Assembly: GCA_965637545.1 (NCBI GenBank)
Contig: OZ281500.1
Location: 3,534,001 to 3,598,000, forward strand
Reading direction: 5' to 3'
From: Phallusia mammillata
Lineage: Eukaryota
DNA length: 64,000 bases
Position numbers and translations under genes: made by a program. The notes beneath the pieces are model-generated. The model searched no databases. It was not told where the DNA came from and worked only from the letters and a program-made list of their open reading frames with translations. Below, piece by piece: positions 38,324 through 51,252 of this stretch (its first letter is position 1; each line of letters starts with the position of its first letter).

Positions 38324-41300
38324 GCAGAATAACTATTTTACTCCTAAGCGCGTGTATTATTTTTTGTATGTTTTTGCGTCCAACTGTTAAAATACATAGT
38401 TCTTTCAATGCTCAACATTTAAACAGGCACATAAAGACTTGCATTTTATTGGCTGGTGTAATTTCGATATCAACCTGTTTAAATACCAAACTTGTAAATG
38501 TTGTCTGTCAATAAAAGCACTTGTATTAATCCGACCTTGAAAACCATAGCCACCTGTTGTTATGAGTGATTCGTATGTCGCAAAATCTATGGGTGCTGTG
38601 TATTGGAAATTGAAAATCGCAAGCGGTTGATTTGGACAAGCTAGATCGACGTTGGCAGAATATGAATTTTTTTTAAACATGTTAGCTGTGCACCACCGCT
38701 GTGATGCACTGGACATCGAGTGTGATATCACATATATGTGCTTGTGCTTTTTGTGAAATCGAATGTGCCTCGTTTGTAATAAATATAATTTTTTTCCAAC
38801 CAACTACTTAAACGTTCCCATTTTGTAAATATTTTAGATTTAACTGTGTGTAGTATATCCTAAATCACGAGTCAACAGAGACCTAGTACGGCAGAAGGAG
38901 AACAGTCACGTATATAATAATAGACTAAAAACTTTGACGTCCACCGATATATATATATATAAACATAAAAAACCGGATATACTCGTATATATATATATAT
39001 AAATTAGTAGTAGGCATTATCAGTATCTCATTCAAATAGAATTACAAACGATTTTCGATTTATTATTCGCAGAAACACTAGAACACATGAGAATCAGCCT
39101 GATAAAATCATACTACGGAATAAGTTGTATGTGATGAACACGTTGTAACTTATAACATAATTTCAGTGACTTCCTGCAAGTAATGAAATGCCCAACAAGC
39201 TCTCATTACAGGAAGGCCTGGAAAGCCATTTTTTTAGTTATTGCTACGTCTCCTTTTACAGCTGTTAAACACAAACAACTGAATGAGGGATGAGGGGCGT
39301 TGGTCGCCGAGGAGTAATTGGTGCCGGCGGTCGGTTTTAAACAGAAACTCATCAATGATTTACGACAGAAATCCCTATTGCGGACTATTAGAGGCAAATT
39401 GCAGGACCACGATTCACAGGTGGCTGACCAGTGACCAATTCAGAGCTTCGTATCTAGAAGAGATGTGCAACCTATAGTGCACACATACAGCACAAATGTA
39501 TACCGATCTTTTGCTCTTCCGGTGGTATGTAGCATTTAAACTCCGCTTGGGAAAATTGGGTTGTTTTTCACATTGACAGTCAAAACATAAATTTGCGAAG
39601 GTGTGATCAATGTGTGTTAAAAAGGGTTAGGTTTCAAAAGAGCGCTGTTTGCGTGCGAAAGAGCGATAAACAAATTGAGTTGAAAATTTCGCAAGGACGA
39701 CCGTTATGGTTAATGTACAATGTTGACAGATGGAATGCAGTAAGAGTTGATATACTATACCACCAAACGTGGTAGTTAAAGCGCAGTATAGCGTATATGA
39801 GGTCTCACATTTTACTGCTATATAAAGTCTTAAAATGCTGTTTTTTGTTTTTGCTTTTGTTACAAACTTTTTGTTCAGTGTGTAAAGCACTTCCTGCAAT
39901 TCAGCACAAAGTTTAAGACGTTGGGTTGTTGCAATGAAAACAAGTCTACAGTATAAGAAAGTATAAATATAAATATTGCCTCTTAGAAAGCGTGAAGATA
40001 ACCTAAGTAGCTCACAAAAAAGTTTTCAGCAGGCCTACTATGTTTTGGGTTTGGCGTGGAAAAAGTCGCTTACGCCAACTGGAAGATTGCCGCCACAAGC
40101 ATGAAAAAAGCTTCTAGATGTTTCGACAATACTGTATATTTGTCATTTACAAAACTGTTGAGATTGCGAATAAAATAAAGAATTGCCACCTGCTATGTAT
40201 GACATAATATACAAAAAAAACTGCATATTATAAACGTAACTGCGTAATTTATAGTAGACCTGTGATTAATTTTAGATCGCAACTGGATTCTTGAGTACGA
40301 AAAGTCAAACAGTATCTGTTGAAAATTTTCGGTAACTTGAGCATTGAGTTTTTACAACTCAAAGTCGTTCAGGCGGTTCGAGTATTTGACCCGTTTTTCC
40401 GCAAGAAAGCTTATTCCAATGTCCCGTGACCAGACTTACGAGAATTATTTTCGGGTCCATAATAATGGAGACCGAATAATATTTGTTATTATAGTCTACT
40501 GTTTTCATAACCACGGACGTGACGAGATGAATGTAAAAAGTTTTCTGCACTGTAAGTCACGCGCAGAGTAGAGTCAATAGGTCTGCTAATAACAAGATAA
40601 GAATATGAAGTTCTTCATGGCAAACTTTAGCGTTAGGCTTCGTAAAGGACTTTAGTTGTGAGATCAAATGTCCTTAAATATCGACTAATGTTTCCAAGGA
40701 ACATTTATTTCAACACGTTCGCAAAAACCGCACAGAGCTTGGAGAATTGTTTTCAATTTTGAAATTTGTTTTGTAATGAATAGGTTCAAACATCAGGTTT
40801 AAAAGAGGTCAGATTATGAAATGATTTTTAATCGTCAACGCAACCAAATGTGCATCATTTATGACAGGTCATCACAGCAAACAAACGAGATATGACAACG
40901 AGATATGAGCAGCGTTTAGTACGGTTCTAAACAGACCACCTTTGATGGAAAAGTGTTCGAGTCGCGAGATGACAGTCCAATTTCAACATATTGAAAAATT
41001 TGACTGTGCAGCGATAGCCAATGAATAAAATGCTTTAGCTACACCATTACGATTCGTCATTGAGAAGAATAAATCGCAAAAAGCTGAACTTTCGCGGGTA
41101 ACAAACAGTTTAAAGCGCTGGTCACTATTGTCCAAAACGGTCCATTTTACAGTAGTGCTAGCAAAAAAACGTGGCCTTTTGTGATTCGCTTAAGACAGTC
41201 GAGGCTAAAGCGTAAGGTGACACCAAAATGGGCCGAGGAACGCACGAAAACCCATTCCGGACAAAGCATTGGTAAAAGGGTAAGTAGGTATATTTTAGCC

Positions 41301-42633
41301 CTCTCTCACCTCTTCGCTTTTTCGAGGCCCAACAAAAAGGTAGACCCAGTAGACTGTAATAACTGGACTTATAGAACAAAAAAGCCTTGTAAAAGATGTA
41401 AGTTTAAAAAAAATGTTTTGGCGATTTCGGGAATGTTTTTTTTAATTTAAGCAAGGTGCATAAATCGATCAACTGTGCAACAACAAAAATCCAGGGTTTT
41501 TAATTTCCACCTTTAAGCTATAGTTTTGACCGCACTTTTTAATCGGTATTTTTAGCTGGTAAACTATTTACCAGTATACCAGTTATCAAGGCTAGGTAAA
41601 TAAGTTTACAGTCTTATTGAGCTTATATAGGAGAAAACGTCAATACAAAATTTATGCAAAATATCTAATGTGGTTTAGAATTAAATTTGAAGTTGAATTT
41701 AATAAAGTCGTTAAAGAAGTTGCGTAGTTATGCAGCTAGTTTTTCCTTATTTGCAGGTTAAAGCACTAGCTTCAATACACATTACCCAAGATACAAAAAC
41801 TAGTCCAACAAAAATTTGTAACTCCTAAGCAAATTTAGGCGCCCAAAACGATATCAGTGAAATACATCATTGTAACATCGCAATCTTTGTTGGGTTCACA
41901 CGCTTTTTGTTCGAAGCCGTCATTTTATGCCTTGGCGGAAGTCGTACAAGCTTTGCTAAACCGTGGGATTTATGTTCAGGCTCAATGGAGCCACAGGAAA
42001 TGGCTAAACATGTTATTATTTATCAGATTTGCAATTTCTATATTACCTTCAATACAGTTTTCTGCAATGTAGAAAATGCTGTGCAGTAACAAATAGATAG
42101 CACTTAGATCAAGGCTTAAAAGATCTGCTTTTATCACATGAAGGCAAGTTGTAGTGCAGAATTTTTTGACCAGAGATAAATTTAGGCCGAAAGGGCAAAG
42201 TTTAGTTTATCTTCGAAATATGCTAACTAGTTGTCCCTTCGAAATTAACAAGGATAAACGAAGGAGAAAACTTTGTTTCACAATTAATCTTACAAACTTG
42301 CATACAGGTTACTAACAAAGATGACATAGCGATTTACCATTGTAATTATAATGTAAGAAGAGCAGGACATGTAGAGGACTTAATAGCAAACTGTTAAAGG
42401 TTAATTGACGCAATATTAGCACAAAGGGTCTCTTGCGTATAAGTGAGGTTCATAAGGTTAAAGGAAGATGAAAGTAATTGCACTTTACTTTCCCTTTATC
42501 ATGAGACGTTGTATCGCAGGGAGTATGTCCTATGTGTGATAAATAATTTTTTTCTGCAAGCACACAACAATGTGTATGTAAATGTGACATCAATTTTATC
42601 AGCAATTTTTACAGACCTATAATTAGTTAGAAT

Positions 42634-45600
42634 ATGATAATGGATGAGTTTAATGGCGAAGTGGAGGAAAACCCAAAAATCCTCAAAGGATTGTTACCAA
42701 ATTCCAAGACAAAAGATGAAAGTAACAAACGGTGAGCCAAGACATTTAAAACATCATGAATATAAAAGATAAGTTGAAGTAGACGCTAAAAAGTCATGTT
42801 TGATTTCGGTTATAGCTTTGTTTCATGACCGTTTGAGCGGTTTCTGGACTCTCTGGAGAAATGTTTGAACGACCATTTACTCAATTTCATATTCACCTAG
42901 ACTTACTAGTGTTGCATAATCCGAATAATCCAAAAATATTCACTCCCTGTCGGATGTTGATCATAACCACAGAAACTAAACAAAACTATGATTAATTATG
43001 AAAATTGATTAAAGTGTGCCAAATTTCGATCCCCTTAGCTTAGTACGACAGATCCGCGATTTGTCTTCTAAAGCTCAATAAACTATTATTGTTAAAATAC
43101 GTTGATTTTTGCAGTGACTCGTGGGGAAGCAGTCGGGAATCGTTTCTTGTGTTTCTTGGCTATTCTGTGGGGATCGGAAATGTGTGGAGGTTCTCCTATC
43201 TGGCTTTTGTTAATGGCGGAGGTAGATTGCAATCCACCTTGATAGGCCACGACTTTGGCAAATGCCACCGTTTTCAGTTCTTGCCGAAACGATAAAAAAC
43301 ATGTTGCTTTATAAGTCTACTGGGGCTACTTGAAAGAAAAATCCTTTAAGATCTATAGATAGACATAGCTATATGGCCTATATAGCTTAGCCTCCCTAGT
43401 TATTGGAGAAAAAGGCGTTTTACGGTTTAGTTACGAACGGTCTAGCGGGGTAAATAAACAAATATATACAAAAAATTTCAAAAAACTTTAAGACAGGTTT
43501 CTATAGAGCGTACAGAATGTTTTGCACAAATTACTTTAAACTTTATTCTGCAGGATGAAAAGGGTTAGTTTTGTTTACCTTAAATTCTTCCGTTTTTTCG
43601 TAGGGGCATTTCTCATTCCTTACATAATGTTTGCCATTTTTGCCGGTTTTCCTCTATATTTCCTGGAGGTCGCTTTGGGGCAATACACCAAGAAATCTGC
43701 TATTGAAATGTGGAATATTGTTCCTGCTATGAAGGTAAACAACAAAAACATCCAGTTCAAACAGGATTGTGAGTGGGCAGAAAAATAGGACTCGAACACG
43801 AGTACAAACCCAAGTCCGAGCTGTCGTTAAAATAAAGCCCGGATTCAGACTAAATGTTAGACTTTCTAAAGTTAGATTTCAGACCCAAAGTTAGACTTGT
43901 AAAAGTTAGATTTCAGACCAAAAGTTAGAAAGTAAAATTATGAAACAAATGTGGCTTTATGTAATGTCGAGTCTGATATCAACCTTGTTCTACTTAAACT
44001 GAAGATACGCCGCAATGTTTTGCAGGGTATCGGATACGGCTCGATTATTTTATGCTTTTACAGTTCCATGTATTATATCATGGTACTTGCTTGGTCTGTG
44101 TTATACCTCGGACACAGTTTCACGTTGGGAGACCTTAAGTGGAGCACTTGTGGTAAGAAAGACTCAAGTTTTTTAAACCTATTTTAATGCTTAGCGTTTT
44201 TTAGTTTTTATTAACAAAATGCATGATCGTACTAATAATGAAAAGTCCCCATTTACTTTACGTTTGAAAATCACTGGATTAGTGTACAATTAAACACAAT
44301 TGAACATAAAACGTTCATACTTGCTTTTTGTGCCACTTTGGACACAAGTCGTTTTGTTAATAACACTTCACAAATTGACAAATTCGTTAAACGGACGACC
44401 CCGCCCCGCGCATCTAACCAAAAATCCACAAGGAAGGCATCCCTCTGCGACCAATTGTTTCGTTTGTTAATTGGTACTCCAACCTACAACCTTGCAAAGT
44501 ACCTAGCGAAAGTTATTTCTCAGCTTGTGGGCAATACAGTATGGACTGTTTCGAACTCGTCCAAGTTTGTTCAAGGGATAGCACAGTTGCCGCCCCTGTC
44601 CAAAGAAGAGGTAATGGTGTCGTATGACGTCGTGTCACTTTTTACAAGTGTGCCAGTGGACCTGGACATTGGACATTGCGTCATCCAAGATTTTAAATGA
44701 CCATAGCCTTAAAGTCAGAACAACATGGTCCCCGTTGGATATTGTGGACGGTTTGCGGATTTGCTTGGAGCAATCTTATTTAACATTCAGGGGAAGCTTT
44801 TACCAACAGGTTCAAGGCACAGCGATGGATTCCCCGGTCTCTGTGGTTGTCGCAAACATGACAATGGAAGCGCTTGAGGAAAAAGCCTTATCAACATTTG
44901 CCAACCCACCAAGATTCTGGCGGCAATATGTTGACGACATTTTTTGTGTCATTATTACTGAGAATCAGGTTGAGGCATTTTTACGGCATCTCAACGAGGC
45001 GCAACCAGGCATTCGGTTTACCATGGAACTCCAATCGGTAAACTTTCTTCCATTTTTAGATGTTCAAGTCACAAGAACCAATGACGGTGACTTGTACTCG
45101 AGAGTTTACCACAAGCCAACGAGTACCAGCAGGTATCTTAATTTTCGATCTCATCACCCCACATACCAGAAAAGAGGGGTGGTTCGTTCCCTAAAAGATC
45201 GCGCATGACGCTTGTGCACACATAGCGACGACTGCGAGGTGGAACTGACAAAGGTTCGCAAAGCCTTGAAATTTAACGGCAACTTGCCCCGAACAGGTGA
45301 CCCATAAAAAAACAGAGGGTTTTCTGACACTTCTGTACATACCCAAACTGACGGATATTTGCGGCGTATGTTGCGTGACTTCGGCATAGCGGTTGGCGTC
45401 CAACCTGCCAATACTCTCCGCAAGCTGCTGAGTCACCCAAAAGATCCAATCAATACCTTTGAACAACGAGGTGTTGTATATTCCATTCCCTGCGCCGAGT
45501 GTCCGTTAATATATATCGGGGAGACTGGAAGGTCACTCAACACCCGACGAAAAGAACATCAACGGGATGTTGCCAACAACGACGCGAAGAAGTCGGCCCT

Positions 45601-48600
45601 TTCCAATCACGCGGTATCACAAGGCCACTGTATTGATTTCAATGCGGCGTCTGTTGTAGCCCGGGAGCCTGACTACAGGAAAAGACTATTTCTTGAGTCA
45701 TGGAATATTCACCAGCAGGGCAACACAATGAACATCAAAACAGACGTGATGCTTTCAGCGTGCTACAGGCACCTGCTCAAAGATTAGAGGCCCAATCATT
45801 CGTTATCGCGCGGTGTTTTCGTTGCGTTGTGCCATGCTTGCGTTTCATTCTTTTTTCCTTTGTTTATCGTGCACTGTTCTAGTCGCATTCAGTGTTATCT
45901 ACCCTGATGAAGACGACCTGTATGTCGGAATAAAAATACATTTGCCAGAAGAGCTCTATAAACTTGATACTATGTCTGGCAGCAATAGCTTATTTAAATT
46001 CGTAAAACGTTTAGGCGTTTCTGTGACAAAGATTTCGTAATAATTTACTTGTCATTTGTATATTGTTTGCGTAATATTTTTTTAACCTATGCCCGGATTG
46101 CAGGCAACTGGTGGAACACCAATAGCTGCCTTCTTTATTCGTCCATCAGCGAAACTCATAACAATACCATATTACTGAATGGTTCTCTTGTGGGACAAAG
46201 CAATGTAACAGAGGGAGTTTACGCAATCAGCGAATTCTGGCAGTAAGTATTGTCTAAAAGCTTTTCCACATCAGGCATTGCAAGTCAATTCAAAGGGCTT
46301 GCTCAAACATATGGTTAGAGATCCGGCAATAAACAGATGTTACAATATATTTAAAACAACAAAAATTCTTGAAAAAGCTTTTTTTTAATTTAATTCTTTT
46401 ATTTGAATTTAAATGTTTGACTTGGGTTTTGCATTTTGTACGAATTATTTGCGTAAAAAAATGATTCTTACATTTTTTAGGCACTACGTCTTGCGTAAGT
46501 CAACTGGAATCGATGATATTGGAACGACAACCAACTATCCGTTGCTATTGAGTTTTTTCATTTCGTGGATTCTGGTTTACGGGTGTTGCTGCAAGGGAGC
46601 CTCTTCAGCTGGCAAGGTATTGTGAGGTCCTGGGTTCAAATCCTGAGGAACGACAACGTGATGCACCGAAACGACTTTGTCTGAACTGACCGTTACAACC
46701 AAAGTTACCTTTAAATTTTCCCTTAGTTGTCTATAGCCCCCAAAAAGTTGCAAATAGCCCTCATTAAACCCTGCCAATTCATGATTTGAATCGATTAGAT
46801 TATTTAACATTTGACTGATTGCAAGTTCCAAAATTGCCTTGACCTCATGTTTGTTTCGTTTGAAAAAACATGGGCAGAATACTTTTGACCATACGCAAAA
46901 CCCGAAATTTTGTAGTAAAGTAATCAAACTGTTCTGTTAACGACAAAAACAAATGATCTTATGATGCAGCAAAAGGGTAGCTAAAAAAGGTGTATATAAT
47001 GCAAGGAAAAACAACCTACAAACAGGCATAATTTCTTTTCAGCAATCAGATCCCAGAAAATTAAAAACGGTGTCATAATGGGATGCATATTACGCCGAAA
47101 AAAACGCAGGTATATCTTAATCTAGCCATCTGGAAGGTCTACCGGCTGTTTAAATTTCCATTAATTTAAAGGCTTTCGTATTACATTGGAAATCGTTCCA
47201 TGCAGCGAACTGAGGGAGATTGTATGTTTTAAAGATTCACTTTTAGGTCGTGTACGTCACTGCTACTTTCCCTTATATCATACTCACTGTGCTTCTTGTG
47301 AGAGGTTGTACACTACCGGGCGCTGCGGAGGGGGTTCTCTTCTATATAATTCCAAACATGACGAAACTGGCCCAAGCTCAGGTACGATATTTTTACACCA
47401 ATAAAAAGTTTACACCAACGACCACTTAATCTGCAACAGATTAAACGTCAAAGCTTGGCTGCTATTGTTCCTGGTTTATAGGCTAATACGTCAAAAAATA
47501 TAGGATTTTTCCTAATTTTACTACCAACATATGAAAGTTTGTGATCAAATAGGTCAATTTAGACGATCATTTAACACATTCAATCAGTAGTTTCGCTGAC
47601 CCTTTTAATCCCTAGAATGGTTTCTGGGGTACGATATGCATAGCGAGTCCCTATTTTTTCTAATGAGTCCGCAGACCTAAAGTAGTTTATTAAACTGGGT
47701 TCTTTTCTACATAGCAAAGTTGCAAATAACTAAGTTGGCTTGTGTCCTATTAATAGATGTTAAATGTTCGTATTAAACATCTTCTAAAGAGCAAACGCAA
47801 ACTCTATCTGAATCACTGCGTCTTTAATATTAATGTATTATACAACGTTTAGTTTCTCATTGGTCGCTTTGTATTATATTTTCCATTTTAGGTCTGGGTA
47901 CAGGCTGGAAGCCAAGTGTTGTATTCCTATGGAATCTGCTTCGCTGCTTTGGTTACATTTGGAAGTTACAACAACTACAAGACAAATTGTTTCAGGTAGG
48001 TTATAAACTAATCAAAAATGTACTATCCCAAACCGGAGATATATAAACAAATTTATGTTGTCGCAAACATGTGTAATCAAATATAACTTACTTAAGAAAG
48101 GCCGTTTATTGATATATGGTTCAAAGAAACAATTTGGGTTATAAATAAGTTGTTTTTTAAATTTCTGGCCACGTTGAGGTACGTGTTTGACTGTAAAATG
48201 AACCAACCATTTCACTCTAATTACAACATGTTTTGTAGTTTTAGTATTGTACAGTATTTATTGTGACTTTTGTTTTAAGGGTTTGCACACAAATCACATT
48301 CGCAAGCAGCGCAACTTCTGTCTATGCCGGTTTCTCTGTATTCACTGTAGTCGGTCATTTGGCTTACTTGCAAGGAAAAAATGTGTCGGACGTGATTGGC
48401 CATGGTAAGAATATAAATACAAAACAGGGTTACAACGTAACCCAAATTTGTTATTAGCTGAACATTTACGAGCTAAAACGAGCAATTGTCTGCACAACTA
48501 CGTACATCTCTATTAGCCGACTAACATGACCGTGCTAAATCGCGTTTTTTGTAAATTGAGCCGGTCTGAAAACACAGCCATTTTGGCCCTGTTGGTGCGA

Positions 48601-51252
48601 TAATTTTTTTTTTACGTACCAAACAAGTTTGGTCTTGAACCATCGTTAGTAAACGGGATAAAATGGACTAAAAACATCTTGCAACTTTCTAGGTCCAGGT
48701 CTTGCATTTCAAACTTATCCAACTGCAATTTCTTTGATGCCTGCTCCACAAGTGTGGGGGATTTTGTTTTTTCTGATGCTGATAATGCTTGGAATCGACT
48801 CACAGGTAAACAGTTGGCTGTCAAATACCAGATGAGAAGCACAATTAAATATGATCTTATCTTTTATCCTAAAGGATTATTGTTTTGTAATTATTTTTGT
48901 GTGTGAGCTGAGTTCAATCTTTTTTTACATTATACTTTATTAGCCTTCATTAACTTTTTTGTTCTACCTTTGCCAGCAGTACTATTAAAACTCTGAAATT
49001 GAATAATGAAATTATTCCTATTTGTAGTTCACTTGCGTGGAAGCAATAATTTCGTGCACAATTGACAAATGGCCGAAGACATTTGCAGCAACAAAGCGAA
49101 AGAGATTGCTGACACTAGCTGTTTGCGTCATTTTGGCTCTTATTGGTTTACCACTAACCACAGGGGTACGTCTTTAAATACTTATTTTCCATATTTGTTC
49201 TCATAACTGCTATAATGTATCCATGCAAGAACGCAAATTTTAAGGGTGGACGATCGAGCATAAAGGCTTCTCAACCTTTTTTGCTCCAAAACGCATTTAT
49301 ATCACAAGTTCAAGATGTATTTGTTAACAATGTGCTATTTTCCCAACTAATTCAACAAAACGTCTAGGGTTGAATGGTAGGCTATAACATAACTCCTGCT
49401 GTTTATATGCCCTAATCCATAATTTTAGAGAGGTCTACACCATGATAAATTTTCTAAATGTTCTGTCTTCATGTTTTCCGTAACTTTAAAGGTCATTACT
49501 CGATATTTTTAAATTTGGGCTTTGGGCTTTCCTTTCTTCACAAATTCAAGCTTTTTGGTGTCTATGACTTTACCTTACCGTTGGTTTAAATTTAAACAAT
49601 GCTCTTTTGTTCAGTGCGGAATTTATCTCTTTGAGTTGTACAACAACTATGCTGTAAGCGGCTTCAGCCTTCTCATTCTAGCCGGGCTTGAGTCAATAAC
49701 AATTGGACACGTGTATGGGACTGATAGGTTGTACGCCAACATTAAGGATATGATTGGATACCGTCCTAATCCATACGTGAAATACTGCTACAAGTTTATT
49801 GCACCAGTTCTCATATTGGTACGTTGTTTTATAATTGTTATAGTCCTGTAAAAGCAAAAAAACTGTAACAGGCAATCAAGTGTAATTAACTTTGACTTTT
49901 TCCCGTTTGGAGTTAGGCAATATTTTGAAATACCGGTAATTGCATAAATTGTAACTTAGTTAAAGTTTTTTTGCAATTCTTTAAACTTACACGATTTGAC
50001 ATTTAACTAAAAATTATTTTTTTCTAAATGTATATGGTCAGGCGCCCTGGACCATTCGGCCAAATTCCTGCGGCCAAAGGCTGTTATTTTTTTTTGAACG
50101 AACGAATCCCGATCAGTTTTTTATGTCTGTATATGGGTCAGACACACTAGACCAGTGGTCGGCAACCGCCGGTCCGCGGCCCGGTACCGGTCCGCGAGGA
50201 GTTCGTTACCGGGGCGTATAATTTTTCAGGTTAAATGCTATGAACATTTTGCCCATGTATTTCGGGGATGATAAACTAATTTAAGCGTTTTTATTGCTAA
50301 ATATTTGTAGTTTTTTTTTATGACCGGTCCGCGGTAAAATTTTGATTTCAAAAGCGGTCCGCAGTGCAAAGAAGGTTGCCAACCCCTGCACTAGACCATT
50401 CAGCCAAGTTCCGCTGTTATAGCGGTTGTAAGTAAATATAACCGACTAACAACACCAAGCGGTTAATATCGTCATAAAAGTCCAAGAAACTCCGAGAAGT
50501 CTTTCTATGATTTCTTTATGTGATTTCAGGGAATACTTATCTTCTACGGGTTTAACTACACACCTTTAAAATACGGAAAATACGAATATCCAGTCTGGGC
50601 TCATGCATTTGGGTGGTTCACCGCTTTATCGTCCATTTTTTGGATTCCATTCTTTTTCATCAAAACTTTATACAGAACGAATGGTACCTGGAGAGAGGTA
50701 AAAACAAAAAAAATATTATGTACCTAATTAAATCAATTTACATGACCAAGTCTTTCAAATAGACAGCATATACGATTCTTTATCCTAAATGAAATTTAGT
50801 GCATGGATTTATGATTTGATAGTTATATTCGTAGTTGCTATGGCAACAAAACCAGTTTGCAAAGAGATACAATAACATAAAAATCATGTGGTTATTTTGT
50901 TATTCTATATGTTACTTCTACATTGGTTTTCTGCATCGGGTAGCAACACAAGTCGACTACTACAAAAAAAAATATTGACGAAACGCCTAAGCTTTATCAT
51001 GTCGGATTAACGTTTAACTATACCTAAATTAATTATGCTTTTTTGAAAAACTTCCGGTCTAATCTAGTCAAACTTGACTGGAGTGCCCAAATAAATGACT
51101 GGAATGCCCAAAATAAAATATACCACCCCCAAAAAAACACTACACTATAAAAACAAAATTTGTTTCAGAAACTTTGCTTGGTGTTACGATCGGAAGAATC
51201 TGACCAGAAATTTCCTATTGAAACCATTCAGCTGAAACAACCAGAGATTTAG
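42634..51252 (+). CDS. SLC6 (sodium/chloride-dependent neurotransmitter/amino-acid symporter family) transporter, 14 exons, 602 aa
   Basis: Exons 42634-42731, 43115-43221, 43604-43734, 44026-44152, 46104-46242, 46481-46616, 47247-47381, 47892-47995, 48280-48404, 48693-48805, 49028-49165, 49615-49818, 50530-50697, 51169-51252; total 1809 nt. Motifs [47 protein letters not shown]6 resembles the GABA/taurine/creatine subfamily. Confidence 0.93.
43844..43929. repeat. 34-bp minisatellite, about 2.5 copies
   Basis: ttcagac...gttagact...aaagttaga recurs at 43844, 43878 and 43912. Confidence 0.75.
44380..45930 (+). mobile_element. Penelope-like retroelement (RT + GIY-YIG endonuclease), 5'-truncated and defective, in an SLC6 intron
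   Basis: [58 protein letters not shown], then [24 protein letters not shown]...LFLESW. Frameshifts (incl. a 7-bp duplication at 44664-44677) and an in-frame TGA at 45206-45208. Confidence 0.95.
45904..45930 (+). ncRNA. Degenerate hammerhead ribozyme core at the 3' end of the Penelope-like element
   Basis: CTGATGA-A-GACG[ACCTGTA]TGTC-GGAA: intact CUGAUGA box and 4-bp stem II, but GAAA reads GGAA and no stem III is visible. Confidence 0.55.
50029..50071 (-). mobile_element. Fragment of the tRNA-derived SINE
   Basis: tgtatatggtcaggcgccctggaccattcggccaaattcctgc aligns to the 5' half of the 35898 copy. Confidence 0.75.
50087..50412 (-). mobile_element. tRNA-derived SINE copy split by a hAT MITE
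   Basis: T-run, acgaatcccgatcag...gggtcagacacactagac, [MITE], cactagaccattcagccaagttcc. The halves rejoin into the SINE consensus. Confidence 0.8.
50153..50388. mobile_element. hAT (Buster-type) MITE, 236 bp
   Basis: TIRs cagtggtcggcaacc / ggttgccaacccctg. Perfect TSD cactagac (50145-50152, 50389-50396), TA-centred. Confidence 0.92.
50834..50847. promoter_or_regulatory. Near-perfect RFX X-box in the last SLC6 intron
   Basis: GTTGCTATGGCAAC is one mismatch from the palindrome GTTGCCATGGCAAC. Confidence 0.4.

Noticed and set aside
39345-39419. AG/GT-bounded segment KLINDLRQKSLLRTIRGKLQDHDSQ faintly like the EFHC1 pre-EF-hand linker
   Set aside because: No usable donor in the last EFHC1 exon and no EF-hand exon downstream; similarity could be chance.
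46620-46650. Isolated B-box-like GGGTTCAAATCC
   Set aside because: No A box, cloverleaf, tail or TSD; cannot be called tRNA or SINE.
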